Below are positions 1-1,067 of a stretch of DNA of 1,067 nucleotides, piece after piece. Made by a program: the position numbers and the translations under genes. Origin of the DNA: a phage. The stretch lies in the sequence record AF022777.1; one strand, written 5' to 3'. How positions within the stretch are numbered: position 1 is the stretch's first letter; each line of letters begins with the position of its first letter. The notes under the pieces were generated by a model. That model saw only the letters and a program-made list of their open reading frames with translations. It was not told the DNA's origin and did not search any database.

Positions 1-2
1 GT

Positions 3-1067
3 TGTGGTGTAACAAAATTCTCACTCGAGCAACGTGATTGGTTTATTAAAAATGGTCATGAAGTGACTTTGGTTTATGCTAAAGATAAATCATTTACTCG
101 TAATTGTGCGCATGATTATAAATCATTTTCAATTCCGGTTTTATTGGCAAAAGAATACGATAAAACACTTAAGCTGGTAAATGATTGTGATATTCTAATT
201 ATCAATTCAGTTCCTGCTACTTCAGTTGAAGAAGACACTATTAATAACTATAAAAAAATTATTGATAACATTAAACCTTCGGTTCGTGTTGTAGTTTATC
301 AACATGACCATTCTTCTCTTTCTTTGCGCCGAAATTTGGGATTAGAAGAAACTCTTCGTCGATCTGATGTTATTTTTAGTCATTCTGATAATGGCGATTT
401 TAATAAAGTTCTGATGAAAGTATGGTATCCAGAAACAGTTTCTCTGTTTGATGATATTGAAGAAGCACCGACCGTATACAACTTTCAGCCTCCTATGGAT
501 ATTGCGAAGGTTCGATCAACATACTGGAAAGATGTTTCTGAAATTAACATGAATGTTAACCGTTGGATTGGTCGTACGACTACATGGAAAGGTTTTTATC
601 AGATGTTTGATTTTCACGAAAAACATCTTAAACCTGCAGGACTAAGTACTATTATGGAAGGTTTGGAACGTTCTCCAGCGTTCATTCCTATTAAAGAAAA
701 GGGAATTCCATATGAATATTATCGTCTTCATCAAGTAGACCAAATTAAAATTGCTCCTAATTTGCCAACGCAAATTCTTGACCGTTATGTAAATAGCGAA
801 ATGCTTGAACGCATGAGTAAATCCGGATTTGGTTATCAGTTAAGTAAGTTGGATAAAAAATATCTACAACGTTCTTTAGAATATACTCATCTCGAGCTTG
901 GTGCATGTGGAACAATTCCAGTATTTTGGAAATCTACTGGCGAAAATTTAAAATTCCGTGTTGATAATACTCCTTTGACCTCGCATGATAGCGGTATCAT
1001 TTGGTTTGATGAAAATGATATGGAATCAACATTTGAACGTATTAAAGAACTGTCATCTGCCCGAGCT
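3..1067 (+). CDS. agt: DNA alpha-glucosyltransferase (hydroxymethylcytosine alpha-glucosyltransferase) of a T4-like phage; internal fragment, partial at both 5' and 3' ends
   Basis: Seen in sequence: frame 3 (codons 3-5, 6-8, ...) is open for all 355 codons to the last base, with no ATG-plus-RBS start or stop inside the window, so the gene extends beyond both edges. Third codon positions are A/T-biased, consistent with T-even phage coding DNA. Translation begins CGVTKFSLEQRDWFIKNGHEVTLVYAKDKSFTRNCAHDYKSFSIPVLLAKEYDKTLKLVNDCDILIINSVPATSV and ends ...THLELGACGTIPVFWKSTGENLKFRVDNTPLTSHDSGIIWFDENDMESTFERIKELSSARA. Established knowledge (recalled, not searched): these long stretches match T4 Agt, a retaining GT-B fold glycosyltransferase of about 400 aa; the window would correspond to roughly residues 14 to 370 of such a protein. 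Exact identity and source phage cannot be determined without alignment. Confidence 0.85.

Noticed and set aside
24-29. Several 6-8 bp restriction sites: XhoI CTCGAG at 24-29 and 891-896, SbfI/PstI CCTGCAGG at 633-640, adjacent EcoRI GAATTC (703-708) and NdeI CATATG (709-714), and the window ending in GAGCT (a partial SacI-like site).
   Set aside because: Each lies in-frame within conserved coding sequence (e.g. CTCGAG encodes Leu-Glu in SLEQ and HLELG). A handful of palindromic hexamers in about 1 kb is expected by chance. The window start is not at a restriction site, so there is no support for an engineered or cloned fragment boundary. In an hmC-glucosylated genome these sites would also be resistant in vivo.
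249-258. TATAAAAAAA: one mismatch from the T4 late-promoter core TATAAATA, and an A7 homopolymer run (252-258).
   Set aside because: It is within the ORF (encoding N-Y-K-K-I), not an exact late-promoter match, and the reading frame is intact across the A-run, so there is no sign of a frameshift or pseudogene. Such A-rich runs are common in AT-rich phage coding DNA.
311-326. Pyrimidine-rich low-complexity tract ttcttctctttctttg.
   Set aside because: It simply encodes the Ser/Leu-rich peptide SSLSL in frame; it is too short and imperfect to call a repeat or regulatory element.
799-808. aaaTGCTTga, resembling the T4 middle-promoter MotA box core (TGCTT).
   Set aside because: The flanking base deviates from the consensus as I recall it, there is no convincing -10-like element at the right spacing downstream, and it sits inside the coding frame (encoding E-M-L-E). 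Most likely coincidental.
1-1067. Possibility that the ORF is beta-glucosyltransferase (bgt) or another phage glycosyltransferase rather than agt.
   Set aside because: The translated motifs match my recollection of T4 alpha-glucosyltransferase specifically, not the T4 beta-glucosyltransferase sequence, which is unrelated at the primary-sequence level. Confirmation still requires a database search.

Overview
The whole 1067-bp window lies inside a single + strand open reading frame (frame 3, codons starting at position 3) that is truncated at both window edges. It has 355 sense codons with no stop, in AT-rich DNA where stop codons would otherwise be frequent. The translation (CGVTKFSLEQRDWFIKNGHEVTLVYAKDKSF ... 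GRTTTWKGFYQMFDFHEK ... HLELGACGTIPVFWKSTGENLKFRVDNTPLTSHDSGIIWFDENDMESTFERIKELSS) matches, from memory, the DNA alpha-glucosyltransferase (agt) of T4-like (T-even) phages, which glucosylates 5-hydroxymethylcytosine in phage DNA. It does not appear identical to the T4 reference as I recall it, so it is probably an agt ortholog from a related phage. I see no RNA genes, CRISPR repeats, mobile-element ends, intergenic regulatory regions or second gene, and I find no evidence for a previously undescribed system: this is a fragment of a well-characterised phage DNA-modification gene. All homology statements rest on recall, not a database search, and need alignment to confirm.
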